Shown here one piece after another: positions 9,809 to 20,203 of a stretch of 64,000 nt of DNA. The translations under genes were made by a program, and so were the position numbers. The number at the start of each line of letters is the position of its first letter. Position 1 is the stretch's first letter. Source of the DNA: Deltaproteobacteria bacterium (GTDB lineage: Bacteria; Myxococcota_A; Polyangia; Fen-1088); contig JANRKS010000002.1 in NCBI GenBank assembly GCA_033763315.1, positions 256,001 to 320,000 of the forward strand, read 5' to 3'. The notes beneath the pieces are model-generated. The model searched no databases and had not been told where the DNA came from. It worked only from the letters and a program-made list of their open reading frames with translations.

Positions 9809-10841
9809 GATTCGCGTTCTCGTGATCGACGACTCAGCCATGTTTCGCGAGATGCTCAGCGCTCTTTTGCGAACGGAGCCGCAGATTGAGGTGGTGGGAA
9901 CCGCGCCGGATCCGGTTGCGGCTTGGGCGATGATCAAGCAACTGGCGCCCGATGTTCTGACCTTGGACGTTGAAATGCCCCGCATGGATGGCCTGACCTT
10001 TCTTCAGAACCTTATGACCCATCATCCGCTTCCCGTGGTGATGGTATCTGCGCTCACAGAAAGGGGGTGCCAGGCTACGTTGCGGGCTTTGGAATTGGGT
10101 GCGATTGACGTTGTGACCAAACCGAAGGTTGACGTTCGCGCCGGCATGGCCGAAGCCGCGGTTGAACTGATCGATAAGGTTCGGATCGCTGCGCAATCAA
10201 GGGTGCTTGTGCGAAAACAGGTGGCGCCCCCACCGTCAAAGGTCGCATCAACCTGGTTAGGGCGCACCACGTATAAAATCATCGCCGTGGGCGCTTCCAC
10301 GGGCGGTACGGAAGCTTTGACGACGTTCTTAAGTGCGCTGCCAGCCGACGCGCCCGGTGTGGTGGTTGTGCAGCATATGCCCAGCCGCTTCACAAAGTCG
10401 TTTGCCGAGCGCCTTGACCGCTTGTGCCAAATTCGCGTCGCAGAAGCCGCTGACGGCGATCGCGTGTTGACAGGTCAAGCGCTCATCGCGCCGGGTGGTT
10501 TTCACATGACCGTGGGCCGTTCAGGCGCCGACTACTTGGTGCGTGTGAATCAGCAGCCACAAGTCAACGGACATCGCCCCTCTGTCGATGTGTTGTTTGA
10601 TTCGTGTGCTGAGTATGTGGGGCGCAACGCGGTGGGTGTGATCATGACGGGCATGGGCGCGGATGGAGCGCGGGGTTTACTGAAGATGCGTAAAGGCGGC
10701 GCAAAAACGTTCGCTCAGAACGAGGCGACATGTGTGGTTTACGGCATGCCGCGCGAGGCGGTGGAGCGCGGCGCGGTTGATGAGGTGCTTCCGCTTGACC
10801 AGTTGTCGGCCGCCGCACTTTCGGCCGTTGATGCGAACTAA
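9801..10841 (+). CDS. cheB: Chemotaxis methylesterase CheB
   Basis: Receiver domain plus GASTGG, VQHMP, HRPSVDVLF, MTGMGADGA. Confidence 0.97.
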   Translation: MRKIRVLVIDDSAMFREMLSALLRTEPQIEVVGTAPDPVAAWAMIKQLAPDVLTLDVEMPRMDGLTFLQNLMTHHPLPVVMVSALTERGCQATLRALELGAIDVVTKPKVDVRAGMAEAAVELIDKVRIAAQSRVLVRKQVAPPPSKVASTWLGRTTYKIIAVGASTGGTEALTTFLSALPADAPGVVVVQHMPSRFTKSFAERLDRLCQIRVAEAADGDRVLTGQALIAPGGFHMTVGRSGADYLVRVNQQPQVNGHRPSVDVLFDSCAEYVGRNAVGVIMTGMGADGARGLLKMRKGGAKTFAQNEATCVVYGMPREAVERGAVDEVLPLDQLSAAALSAVDAN

Positions 10842-10850
10842 AGGACGAAG

Positions 10851-11357
10851 ATGAACGCCACACAGACGCATTTTTCAAAGGGCCTTCAAGCGACGCGTTC
10901 GCAGCTGCTCACGTTCCGTTTGGGAACAGAGGAGTACGCGATCGACGTATTGAAGGTGCAGGAGATCAAGGGCTTCTCCCACATCACGCAATTGCCGAAT
11001 GTGCCTGACCACATCAAAGGTGTGATGAACCTGCGTGGCACCGTCATCCCCGTCATCGACCTGAGATTGAAGTTCGGCCTGCCTGCGGCACCCTACGACA
11101 GGTTCACGCTGATCGTGGTGATCAACGTGGCTGGCAAGACTGTGGGTTTTGTTGTGGATGCGGTGAATGCCGTTGTGTCGATTCCCACGAGTGAGATCTC
11201 AGCCCCACCGGATCTCGCATCAAGCCTGGGTGAGCAAATGATTTCAGCGATGGCGCACATCAAAGACCGTTTGGTGCTGCTGTTGAACATCGAAACCGTG
11301 GTTTCAGAGTTGGCGTCAGCCGTGGCCCTCCCAGAGATTGCACTGCAAGGCAGTTAA
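10851..11357 (+). CDS. cheW: Chemotaxis coupling protein CheW
   Basis: LLTFRLGTEEYAIDVLKVQEI, GVMNLRGTVIPVIDLR. Confidence 0.95.
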   Translation: MNATQTHFSKGLQATRSQLLTFRLGTEEYAIDVLKVQEIKGFSHITQLPNVPDHIKGVMNLRGTVIPVIDLRLKFGLPAAPYDRFTLIVVINVAGKTVGFVVDAVNAVVSIPTSEISAPPDLASSLGEQMISAMAHIKDRLVLLLNIETVVSELASAVALPEIALQGS

Positions 11358-11366
11358 GGAAACGTC

Positions 11367-13139
11367 ATGTTGAACAAGTTGAAGATTCGCACGAAATTAA
11401 TGCTCTTGCTCGGGGGCTTCGGCCTGGCTTTCGTCGGGCTTGGTGTTGCGGTGGTGAGGACGATCAGTGACGTGCAAGTGGGCGGCGACACATACCGCGA
11501 GATCACGCAATACAAAGACTTGGTGGCGGATATTCTTCCGCCTCCAATGTATGTCATCGAGGCCTACCTGGAGAGCCAACTGCTGGCCAAAGGCCTCGAA
11601 GGGCCGGCTTTTGACAGAAGCGTGAACAAGGTTGCCGAGCTGCATGCCTCCTACAACGACCGGCACGCCTTTTGGTCAAGCCATTTGGATGCCGGGGACC
11701 TGAAAAGCACATTCCTGCAGCAGGCGCACGAGCCAGCGATGCGCGTGTTTTCCCTAATCGAGTCCCAGCTGGTTCCGGCGTGCCGTCGGCACGACACGCC
11801 CGAGATCGCCAAGGCGCTGGCTGAGGTTTCTCAGGCATACGAGGCGCACAGGCAGGTCGTGGATCGTGTGGTGGTGATGGCCAATGCCGCCTATACACAA
11901 GTGGAAACAAGGTCCATGGCTTTTGTGTCTCAGAGGCATAACACGTTGCTGATGGCGTCGATCACCGTTCTCGTCGTTTTGATCGTGGCCGGTACATTGG
12001 TGGGCCGTTCCATCATGAGGCCCCTTGATGAGACGTTGCGCTTGATCAAAGAAGTTGCCGAGGGCGACGGCGATTTAACCAAGCGCTTGTCCGAAGAGGG
12101 CAACGATGAATTGTCGATGTTGTCAGCGTCCTTCAATGGCTTCATGGATCAGCTGCACGACATCATGTCGGATGTAAAGAATTCCGCCGCGTCGCTGTCC
12201 TCCGCGGCCCAGCGCGTGTCGTCGAGTGCTGAACAAATTTCAGGTGGCGCTCAAGAGCAGGCCTCAAGCCTCGAAGAAACGGCGGCGAGCCTCGAGCAAA
12301 TCACCTCAACCGTTAAACAAAACTCAGACAACGCGCAACAGGCCGCGCAGCTGGCCAGCAGCTCGCGAAACGTCGCCGAACAGGGCGGCGTTGTGGTTAG
12401 CCAGGCCGTCTCGGCCATGGGCGAGATCAACAGAGCTTCTAAAAAGATTGCGGAGATCATTACAACGATCGACGAGATCGCCTTCCAAACCAACGTTCTT
12501 GCCCTGAACGCAGCGGTTGAAGCGGCACGCGCAGGGGAGCAGGGGCGCGGTTTTGCCGTTGTTGCCACCGAGGTGGGCAATCTTTCACAACGATCGGCAG
12601 CTGCGGCCAAGGAGATCAAGGCGCTCATCAACGACGCCGTTCGTCTGGTGGACGATGGGGCAGGGTTGGTGAACCGCTCGGGCCAAACGCTCACAGACAT
12701 CGTGGTGTCGGTCAAACGTGTCACAGACATCGTTGGCGAAATCGCGGCTGCCTCGAAAGAACAGACCGCGGGTGTTGAGCAAGTCAACCTGGCTGTGACC
12801 CAGATGGATTCGGTCACGCAGACCAACGCCGCCGAAACTGAGGCTTTGGCCGAGACCGCCGCGGGCCTGTCAAGACGTGCCAGCGAAATGCAGATGTTGG
12901 TGAACCGCTTCAAAGTGATGGAGTCAAGCCAGGCGCCAACGGTTTCGATGGATCCACCCAAGCAGCGGGTCGATCGTTCAGCACGTCGCAGACGCGCGCC
13001 ACTCGTGAGTCACGCCAGTGCACACAGCCGTAAGCGTATGGAGGCGCCCTTCGACGACGCGGGCATATCGGCCATGGACAGGCTTATGAATGGCGGTGGC
13101 GGCGACTCTCCCACGGCTGACGGGTTCGAGGAAGTGTAG
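11367..13139 (+). CDS. Methyl-accepting chemotaxis protein (2 TM, periplasmic sensor, HAMP)
   Basis: [33 protein letters not shown] signalling hairpin. Confidence 0.97.
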   Translation: MLNKLKIRTKLMLLLGGFGLAFVGLGVAVVRTISDVQVGGDTYREITQYKDLVADILPPPMYVIEAYLESQLLAKGLEGPAFDRSVNKVAELHASYNDRHAFWSSHLDAGDLKSTFLQQAHEPAMRVFSLIESQLVPACRRHDTPEIAKALAEVSQAYEAHRQVVDRVVVMANAAYTQVETRSMAFVSQRHNTLLMASITVLVVLIVAGTLVGRSIMRPLDETLRLIKEVAEGDGDLTKRLSEEGNDELSMLSASFNGFMDQLHDIMSDVKNSAASLSSAAQRVSSSAEQISGGAQEQASSLEETAASLEQITSTVKQNSDNAQQAAQLASSSRNVAEQGGVVVSQAVSAMGEINRASKKIAEIITTIDEIAFQTNVLALNAAVEAARAGEQGRGFAVVATEVGNLSQRSAAAAKEIKALINDAVRLVDDGAGLVNRSGQTLTDIVVSVKRVTDIVGEIAAASKEQTAGVEQVNLAVTQMDSVTQTNAAETEALAETAAGLSRRASEMQMLVNRFKVMESSQAPTVSMDPPKQRVDRSARRRRAPLVSHASAHSRKRMEAPFDDAGISAMDRLMNGGGGDSPTADGFEEV

Positions 13140-13177
13140 GCCTTCTCTTGCGAGGGTCTTCGCCAGAGATTCGTCCT

Positions 13178-14623
13178 ATGCCCGAGGCATCACATCTGCC
13201 GGACGAATTCAAAACGTTAGGTGACCGGCAGTTTAACGCGCTTAGAGACATTATATACAAGACGACGGGCATTCATCTAAGTGATGCCAAGCGAAGCCTT
13301 GTGGCTTCGAGGCTGTCGCGTCGCTTGCGTGCGCTGAGACTCACGGAGTTCAGTGCCTACGTTGATCTCCTTGGCGAGATCTCGCCTGATCATTCCGAAT
13401 GGCGCGATCTCATCAATGCGATCACAACCAACAAGACCGATTTTTTTCGCGAGAGCCACCACTTCGATTTTCTAAAGGCGGAGGTTCTTCCCCAGCTGAG
13501 GCAGCGCGCGCTCAGAACGGGTGAGCGTGACATCCGCATTTGGTGTGCCGCTTCATCGACGGGTGAAGAGCCCTACACGATTGCGATCACCGTGAAGGAA
13601 GCAGGCCTGTTGTTAAGTGGCCTCAATGTGAGGATCATCGCGTCCGACATCGATACCAACGTTTTGGACCACGCGCGCGCTGGTATTTACGATGAAACGC
13701 GCATGAGCGGGATCTCCGACGCGCTACGTGCGCGCTACTTCCTTCGTGGCACCGGTCAATCGGCCGGCAAGTGGAAGGTGAAGCCCGAGCTGCAGAGCAT
13801 GATCGACTTTCGCCGCGTGAACCTCGTGGACGACAATTGGCCCATTGATTCTTGCTTCGACATCATCTTTTGTCGCAACGTCGTTATCTATTTCGATAAA
13901 CCAACGCAAAAGCGCTTGTTCGATAGGTTCGCCGATCGTTTGGTGACGGGAGGGCATCTGTTCGTCGGCCACTCCGAAAGCCTGCTGGGGTTAACCAACC
14001 GATTCGCCCCTATCAAAGGCACGGTGCACAGGTGCTTGCAGGGCAACGAGGCATCTTCGCGTAAACAATCAGCCACGGTGATGCCGAAACGACGTCGCAT
14101 CGTCGTGGGCGACGTGTTCGCCTCGCACGAACCAACGCTGGTGAGCACGGTTTTGGGATCGTGTGTTGCCGCTTGTTTGTACGATCCGCACGCGCGGCTG
14201 GGCGGCATGAACCACTTCCTTCTGCCAGCGACGCTGGATGAAGGCCCTGTGGCCACCCGCTTCGGCGTGCACGCCATGGAGCGCCTCATCAACGATCTGC
14301 TCAATCTTGGCGCCAATCGTAAGCGACTCAAGGCGAAGGTTTTCGGGGCGTGCCGTGTGCTCGCCGGAGGAGCGGGTGGTGTGCAACTGCGCAACGCGGA
14401 GTTCATCCGCAGCTTCCTGAAAAAGGAGGGCATACCGATCGAGGCTGAACGCTTAGGCACGGAACGACCTTTGGAAGTGCAGTTCCGCACCGACACTGGC
14501 CAGGCCTTCATCAAGCCGCTGGCGCCATCCACTCAGCAAAGCATCGCCTTGGCCGAGTCTCAGGCGCGCGAGCGCTTTGCCGAGATAGTGGCACCCCGCG
14601 CAGGCGAAACCACTTTGTTCTAA
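13178..14623 (+). CDS. CheR-CheD fusion protein
   Basis: CheR motifs (TTNKTDFFRE, WCAASSTGEEPYT, FCRNVVIYF, GHSE) continue without a stop into CheD motifs (TVLGSCVAACLYD, GGMNHFLLP, KAKVFG). Confidence 0.9.
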   Translation: MPEASHLPDEFKTLGDRQFNALRDIIYKTTGIHLSDAKRSLVASRLSRRLRALRLTEFSAYVDLLGEISPDHSEWRDLINAITTNKTDFFRESHHFDFLKAEVLPQLRQRALRTGERDIRIWCAASSTGEEPYTIAITVKEAGLLLSGLNVRIIASDIDTNVLDHARAGIYDETRMSGISDALRARYFLRGTGQSAGKWKVKPELQSMIDFRRVNLVDDNWPIDSCFDIIFCRNVVIYFDKPTQKRLFDRFADRLVTGGHLFVGHSESLLGLTNRFAPIKGTVHRCLQGNEASSRKQSATVMPKRRRIVVGDVFASHEPTLVSTVLGSCVAACLYDPHARLGGMNHFLLPATLDEGPVATRFGVHAMERLINDLLNLGANRKRLKAKVFGACRVLAGGAGGVQLRNAEFIRSFLKKEGIPIEAERLGTERPLEVQFRTDTGQAFIKPLAPSTQQSIALAESQARERFAEIVAPRAGETTLF

Positions 14624-14708
14624 GACCGCAGGCACCGAAGCGGTGCACTTGGGGTTTGGGCCCGGACGGCTAGAAGGGGACAGCGGCCTGCCCACGATTT
14701 CGCTCTAG

Positions 14709-14791
14709 TGCCGGAGGAGAGACTCGAACTCTCAAACCCGTGAAGGTGGTGGATTTTGAATCCACTGCGTATACCATTTCGCCACCCCGGC
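14709..14791 (-). tRNA. tRNA-Leu (CAA)
   Basis: GCCGGGG acceptor stem, GTGGA-TTCAAAA-TCCAC anticodon arm, long variable arm, GTTCGAG T-loop; CCA not encoded. Confidence 0.95.
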
Positions 14792-14856
14792 AGTGAAAAG
14801 GGATGCGAATGTAGCCTGAAATTTTGGCGACGTCGAGAGGGGAGACGTAAGAATTT

Positions 14857-15951
14857 TTAGGTGGTGGGTGGAAGCAGGGCGCTGCCTGCTGTGGGTGCGC
14901 GGCTGAGAAAGTGCAACAGCCTTTCCACGAGGCCCGCAAACGCCACTTCCAGTTCGGCGGCCGTCTCGACCGGGCGGCTCAAACTGCCGCCCGCCATGGT
15001 TCCATGGCCTCCGGCGGCGCCCTCGGTTCCGATGATTTTGCGGATGAGGCCACCCGCACGGGTGTCATCCACTTCCGTGCGCAGCGACACGTAAACCTTG
15101 CCCTTGTAGCGCCCCACGCAAACGGCAAAGCGCGCACCATCGAAGGTCAACAACAGGTCAGCGATCTCGGCCACCAGGTCTGGATAGAACAACTCGTCTA
15201 AGTTTGCGGCCACCACGTCGCCGTAGACTTGCGCCGACCTCACCGCTCGATCCAACGCCATGAAATGCTGCTTGGGCACCTTGGGATGGCACACACGGTA
15301 AAGGCGGTCGTGGTCGACGAGCGACACCAAGTGCAGGTATGCCGCCCGTTCCGCGTCGCTCGCCTCGCGACCCAGATCGCGCGTTTCGGTTTTCACCGCA
15401 TAAAACAGCGCCGTGGCCAGATTCACATCCAACGGAATCGCGCGCTCACGCAGGTACTGCAGGATGATGGTGGACGTGGCGCCCATGTCCGAGCGGATGT
15501 CGCACCAAGGGCTGCGTTCGGTGCCGCGAAACGGATGGTGATCGACGATCACATCGACGGCGCGATCAGAGGGCAAACTGTTGTTGCCCGTGCCTGGCTG
15601 GCTGTCGACGATGGCCAACGCGTCGAAGGTTTGCGGATCTAGTTCGTGCAACGGCACAAGGGGAATACGCAGCTCTTCCACCATGGCGCGGTTCTCCGCA
15701 CGGCCCACAATCCCCGCCAGAACCAGAGTGACCTTGGCGCCCAATTCTGCCTCAAGGAGTTTCGCCAAGCCCCAGGCCGCCGCCATTGAGTCGGGATCGG
15801 GGTTGTCGTGCATATACACGCCAATCGAACGGCGGCCCGCCAAAGTTGCAAGCGCTCGTGTGAGATCGAAATCGTGAGCCGCCTGTTCCTCGGACGCCAA
15901 GTGCAAGGGCACCTGGATCTCAGACGTCACGTCGTTGTCGGTGAGAGCCAT
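14857..15951 (-). CDS. DHH/DHHA1 phosphoesterase
   Basis: HDNPDPD, IVDS, VDHH, VSLR, AGGHGTMAGG motifs. Confidence 0.9.
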   Translation of the reverse strand: MALTDNDVTSEIQVPLHLASEEQAAHDFDLTRALATLAGRRSIGVYMHDNPDPDSMAAAWGLAKLLEAELGAKVTLVLAGIVGRAENRAMVEELRIPLVPLHELDPQTFDALAIVDSQPGTGNNSLPSDRAVDVIVDHHPFRGTERSPWCDIRSDMGATSTIILQYLRERAIPLDVNLATALFYAVKTETRDLGREASDAERAAYLHLVSLVDHDRLYRVCHPKVPKQHFMALDRAVRSAQVYGDVVAANLDELFYPDLVAEIADLLLTFDGARFAVCVGRYKGKVYVSLRTEVDDTRAGGLIRKIIGTEGAAGGHGTMAGGSLSRPVETAAELEVAFAGLVERLLHFLSRAPTAGSALLPPTT

Positions 15952-15958
15952 GGCGTTG

Positions 15959-16627
15959 TTAGGGGGCAGGGCGAATCGACAAGTTGTCGAAGCGCACGTC
16001 TGCATCCCAATTGTTAAAAGCGAAATATTCATGAGCCGAGCCCTCGAAGGGCGATGGGTCGGTCCACGAGAGAAATGGTTTGCCGTCGATCTGCCAGTCG
16101 ATGACGCCGCCTTTGCGCGTAACGGTGAAATGGTATTTACGTCCTGGCTCCACCTTGAGATCGCCGCGTTCGGCCTTGCGGCCCTCGTCGTGTTCGTTCT
16201 CGCGGGCAATCACTGAAAGCGAGTTTCGCCAGCCACCAAACACCAGCACGTATCCCGTGGCCATGTAGCCGCCCTTGTCGGGATCAAACGATTCTCCATC
16301 ACCGCAGATTTCAATTTTGATGTCGCCCACCGCCGTCATCGCGGTTGCATCCAGCTCCAAGATGAAATCGCGCGGCATGCGCTTGCGCAACCACAGGGGG
16401 TGGTTGAAGGCCCCCTGGGCGCGAACGGCGCCATCCACCAACGTGTATCCACCACCCGTATCAAACCAGGTGGGCCCGACTTCCGATCGGTCGAACGTTT
16501 CGGTGAAGGGCGCTGTGATCTGCGCGACCTTCGCCTTACACGCAGGCAGCGTGAACAGCATGAACAGACCGGCCAGAGCCCTGCTGTGATGCTTGGTTGC
16601 AACAGGGCGCCGCTTAGCTAAAAACAC
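15959..16627 (-). CDS. Putative lipoprotein, beta-sandwich (concanavalin-like) fold
   Basis: Lipobox LPAC; FTETFDR...VRFDNLSI pattern. Confidence 0.6.
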   Translation of the reverse strand: MFLAKRRPVATKHHSRALAGLFMLFTLPACKAKVAQITAPFTETFDRSEVGPTWFDTGGGYTLVDGAVRAQGAFNHPLWLRKRMPRDFILELDATAMTAVGDIKIEICGDGESFDPDKGGYMATGYVLVFGGWRNSLSVIARENEHDEGRKAERGDLKVEPGRKYHFTVTRKGGVIDWQIDGKPFLSWTDPSPFEGSAHEYFAFNNWDADVRFDNLSIRPAP

Positions 16628-16676
16628 CTGGGAACACTACCCCTTGGTCTGATTCTGGGCAACAACCCCCAGCCGT

Positions 16677-17624
16677 TCACGGACGGATTTCGCCGGGCGG
16701 CACCGTGGCCAGCCGCAAGTTATCGAATTGATCGAAGGCCAAGCCCCACCGGATCCCTCGGTCACTCACCAAGACTGCTGCCGCCCCGGCTTGCTCAACG
16801 ATCCCCGCCAGCAACGTCGCCCCGGCGAACACCACGTCGGCACGACGGGGATCTAACCCCGCCATTTGCTCGCGCTCCGCTTGCGTGGCCGCGCGCAGCC
16901 GCAGCCGTTGCTCATGCAAGGCCTGCCGGCTCAAGCGGAAGCCATGCACGGCCGCCGGATCGTAATCACGCAGCTCCTGCGCCATCGCTGCCAATGTCGT
17001 CACCGTGCCCGCCGTGCCGATCAACGTGGCGTGGGCCGGAAAAGGAACCGACGCGAGCGTCTGGCGTACATGCGCTTCCAAACGATGCACATCCTCTGCT
17101 TGAGGCGGATCGCTGTGGACAAACGCCTCGGTCAAGCGCACCGAACCAAGGGGCAGGCTTTGCCGGTACGTTATGTTTGCCGCGTTGGCGATGATGATCT
17201 CGGTGGAGCCCCCACCGATGTCGATCACCACCACGTCGCCTTCGGCTTCCCTGGGGAACGATCGTTGCGCCGCCAAAAACGTGAGGTGGGCTTCCCGATC
17301 ACCGCTGATCACTTCCACAGGCGTCCCCAAAATGGTGGCCGCAGGCTGCAGAAAGTCCTGCGCGTTGGGGGCGCGGCGCAGCCCTTCGGTTCCGATGGCG
17401 AACACCGGCGCTTGCAGCGTCTGCGCCTCGCGTGTGTATTCCCGAAGCACCTCAAGAGTGCGCGCCACGTTCTCTGCGCGTAACAGCCCATCGCCGCCGA
17501 TGCCTCGGCCAAGGCGCGTGATCTCCGCGCGCTCGGCCAAAGGTTTCACGATGCCTTGTTCGTTTCGTTCTGCCACCAACAACAAGGTCGTGTTGGTGCC
17601 GATGTCGATCGTGGCGACGCGCAT
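16677..17624 (-). CDS. ppx: Ppx/GppA phosphatase family protein
   Basis: ATIDIGTNT, ITRLG, ISGDREA, DIGGGSTE, GTAGTVTT, RADV, GIRWG. Confidence 0.92.
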   Translation of the reverse strand: MRVATIDIGTNTTLLLVAERNEQGIVKPLAERAEITRLGRGIGGDGLLRAENVARTLEVLREYTREAQTLQAPVFAIGTEGLRRAPNAQDFLQPAATILGTPVEVISGDREAHLTFLAAQRSFPREAEGDVVVIDIGGGSTEIIIANAANITYRQSLPLGSVRLTEAFVHSDPPQAEDVHRLEAHVRQTLASVPFPAHATLIGTAGTVTTLAAMAQELRDYDPAAVHGFRLSRQALHEQRLRLRAATQAEREQMAGLDPRRADVVFAGATLLAGIVEQAGAAAVLVSDRGIRWGLAFDQFDNLRLATVPPGEIRP

Positions 17625-17635
17625 GACCGCGATGG

Positions 17636-18985
17636 CTAGCGCAGCGACGCACGTGGGGGTGGGCCCCAAGACGGCGCGCGAGCGTTGCCACGATAGATCT
17701 GTGTTTCGCCGAGCGTCTGTGGGTTCAACGTGAACAGACCGCCGCGCGACGACGCATACACCAGCAAGCGCCCATCGGGCGACCACGCCGGATCAAAGTT
17801 GGAACCTTGGTTCTGAGTCATGCGATCAATGCGGCCGTCGCGCGTGTCGATAACAAATACGTCGAAGCGGCGCTGTTCGTCGCGCCCTGTAAACGCAATC
17901 AAGGGCTTCTTGCTGTTGGGGTTCCAGCGCGGCGTTTGGTTGTAGTTGCCGCGGAACGTGAGGCGACGCGGTTCGCCCCCATTGGCCGGCATGATGAACA
18001 ATTGCGGCGTGCCCTGGCGGTTGCTGACGAATGCGATCTGGCTGCCATCCGGTGAAACGGCGGGCGATGAATCGATGGCGGGGTTGTTGGTGAGGCGCTT
18101 CATGATTTTCCCCGTGCGCGCGTCGATCCGGTAAATTTCGGCGTTGCCTTCGAAGGTCATTGTGACGGCGATTGATGCGCCATCGGGATACCAGCTGGCA
18201 CCTGTGTTCATGCCTTGGCGATCTGAAATCCGCTGCGCGCGCCCACCCGCGGCAGGCACCACCCACAGATCCGGGTTGCGCCGCAGGTAATTGGTAAAAG
18301 CAATGCGATCGCCAGCGGGGCTGATTGACGGCAACAACGAATCTGAGCGCATCATCGTGTGAACGGCCGGTTGTGCGCCATCCATACCGATGCTCATCAG
18401 CTCCTCTTTGGGCCGGGCAAAGACGATGCGTGACCCGAACACACCCCGCTCCCCTGTGAGGGCTTCGATGATGTCGTTGGTGACCGCGTGCACCAGCGTG
18501 CGCAGATCGCTGCCTTTGTAGCTGCGGCTCAACACGGGCTTTTCACCGCGACCCGATTGATAAAGGTAACCTTCCACCAATGAGCCCGCCGGATCTTTAA
18601 CGGCGTAGAGCTTCACCACCGCTTGCGCGCCCACTTGTGACCACAGCGCTTCCGAATAACCCTTGCCTTCGGCGTGCAGCGCGGGCGGGAAGGATTGAGG
18701 GTTCAAAACTTGGAACAGTCCAACGATCTGGAAATTTCGTCGCGCGATGTTCGTGGCTTCCGTGCTTTGCGCGGCGTCGCCCGATCCGTTCGGCACCGCC
18801 AGCTTCAACAGACTGCGGTTGGGATCCGTGATCGTGATCTGCGGCAACCCTTCATCGCCACCCGCGGCGGGTGGGTTTTGCGCCAAAGCCACAGCGGAGG
18901 ATGTGGCCACAACTGCAAGGCAGCCGGCCAAGAGCCTTGCCGAGGTCGCAAGCAAGCGGCGCGTGCGTTGGGTGAATCGTTGCAT
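17636..18985 (-). CDS. tolB: Tol-Pal beta-propeller protein TolB
   Basis: Signal peptide, N-domain, PD40 repeats (SPDGSQIAFVSNR, PAWSPDG); follows tolQRA. Confidence 0.88.
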   Translation of the reverse strand: MQRFTQRTRRLLATSARLLAGCLAVVATSSAVALAQNPPAAGGDEGLPQITITDPNRSLLKLAVPNGSGDAAQSTEATNIARRNFQIVGLFQVLNPQSFPPALHAEGKGYSEALWSQVGAQAVVKLYAVKDPAGSLVEGYLYQSGRGEKPVLSRSYKGSDLRTLVHAVTNDIIEALTGERGVFGSRIVFARPKEELMSIGMDGAQPAVHTMMRSDSLLPSISPAGDRIAFTNYLRRNPDLWVVPAAGGRAQRISDRQGMNTGASWYPDGASIAVTMTFEGNAEIYRIDARTGKIMKRLTNNPAIDSSPAVSPDGSQIAFVSNRQGTPQLFIMPANGGEPRRLTFRGNYNQTPRWNPNSKKPLIAFTGRDEQRRFDVFVIDTRDGRIDRMTQNQGSNFDPAWSPDGRLLVYASSRGGLFTLNPQTLGETQIYRGNARAPSWGPPPRASLR

Positions 18986-19061
18986 GTGTTTTTGTCTTTC
19001 CAGTCTCTGGCGGCCACAGGGCGCCGCAGGTCTATGTTTTACGGTGTTCGCAAGCGTTCGC

Positions 19062-19781
19062 CTACTTCTTGAACAGAAGCGCCACGCCGCGCGCAAACGC
19101 CGCGCGTTTGTCCTCTGGCGGCGGGGGCACTTGCCCCGTGGCGGAAACGGCGGCGATGCACGAGTCATCAAAGGTGGTGTTGCCCGACGTTTTCGCGATG
19201 GCGGCGCCTGAGAGCGTTCCATCGGCACCCACCGACACGCGCACCTGCGCGCTCAGTTTTGCCACTTCTTCGTCGGAGATGATGCCCACGGGTACATGCC
19301 AATTGCGGCGCACCAGCGCCAGAATCTGGCCCGCATAAGCGTCGCCCGTAATCGCCTCGGCAGATGAACCCTCGGCTATGCCGTCCAGCTGACCCTCGTC
19401 GCTGTCCTCATCGGGCACTTGTCGCAACGTGCGCGCGCGGTTCAAAGCGTTGCGAAGTTTATCGGACACCTCCGCGTCTTCGGGTTTGGGCGCTTCCTGG
19501 GGTGCGGCTTCGGCGGCCGGATCCTCGGCGATCTTGATCTCTTCCACTTTCTTCGTGGGTTTGGGCTGTGAGATCTTGGGCAGCCAAAATTTTTCGCGTG
19601 GCTTGCCCAGCTTCACCAGTTCAGTGGCGATGAGATCGCGCGCTTCCCCGGCCGGAGGCTCTGTTACACGATGCCCAAGCCAGAACAGCAAGATGAGCGC
19701 ACCGTGTATGGCCAACGTCACCGCAATGCCACCGATGCCGGTGGAGCCGGCGGGCCGCGTCTGTACCTGTGCGTCTATCAA
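19062..19781 (-). CDS. tolA: TolA/TonB-family energy transducer
   Basis: N-terminal TM with conserved His (LAIHG), linker, C-domain with SGNTTFDDS..VPPPP. Confidence 0.75.
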   Translation of the reverse strand: MIDAQVQTRPAGSTGIGGIAVTLAIHGALILLFWLGHRVTEPPAGEARDLIATELVKLGKPREKFWLPKISQPKPTKKVEEIKIAEDPAAEAAPQEAPKPEDAEVSDKLRNALNRARTLRQVPDEDSDEGQLDGIAEGSSAEAITGDAYAGQILALVRRNWHVPVGIISDEEVAKLSAQVRVSVGADGTLSGAAIAKTSGNTTFDDSCIAAVSATGQVPPPPEDKRAAFARGVALLFKK

Positions 19782-19792
19782 AGGTCGTCTCG

Positions 19793-20203
19793 CTACTCCA
19801 AAGGATCGGTCACCATGCCCAGCTTGTCGACGCCGGCCTGTTTCACCACCGCCATCACGCGAACCACTTCCCCATAGGGCAGGTTCTTGTCGGCGTGCAA
19901 ATACAGTTCCTTGTCAGTCTTCAGCTTGGCGTTGTCTTTTAGCGTCTGTTCAATGGTGTCGTAGGGAATTTCCAGTTTGCCCAAGAACACACGCTTGTCC
20001 TTGGTGAGCGTCAAGATAAGTTTGCCCTCGTCGTCTGGAATGGTTTGCGCTTTGGCCTCCGGCAGATCCACGTCAACACCGGTTTGCAGCATCGGGGCCG
20101 TGACCATGAAGATGATCAACAGCACCAACATCACGTCCACCAACGGCGTGACGTTGATTTCCCCCAACATCCCGCCGCCACTGTCACCCGTGCTCATCGA
20201 CAC
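19793..20203 (-). CDS. tolR: TolR/ExbD protein
   Basis: EINVTPLVDVMLVLLIIFMVTAPM; ADKNLPYG. Confidence 0.92.
   Translation of the reverse strand: MSMSTGDSGGGMLGEINVTPLVDVMLVLLIIFMVTAPMLQTGVDVDLPEAKAQTIPDDEGKLILTLTKDKRVFLGKLEIPYDTIEQTLKDNAKLKTDKELYLHADKNLPYGEVVRVMAVVKQAGVDKLGMVTDPLE

Noticed and set aside
14706-14708. tRNA genes lacking encoded CCA as pseudogenes (also 42736-42738)
   Set aside because: Both cloverleafs are intact, and post-transcriptional CCA addition is common
14700-14730. att site duplication of the tRNA-Leu 3' end bounding an island
   Set aside because: No matching direct repeat found by eye upstream and no integrase in the window
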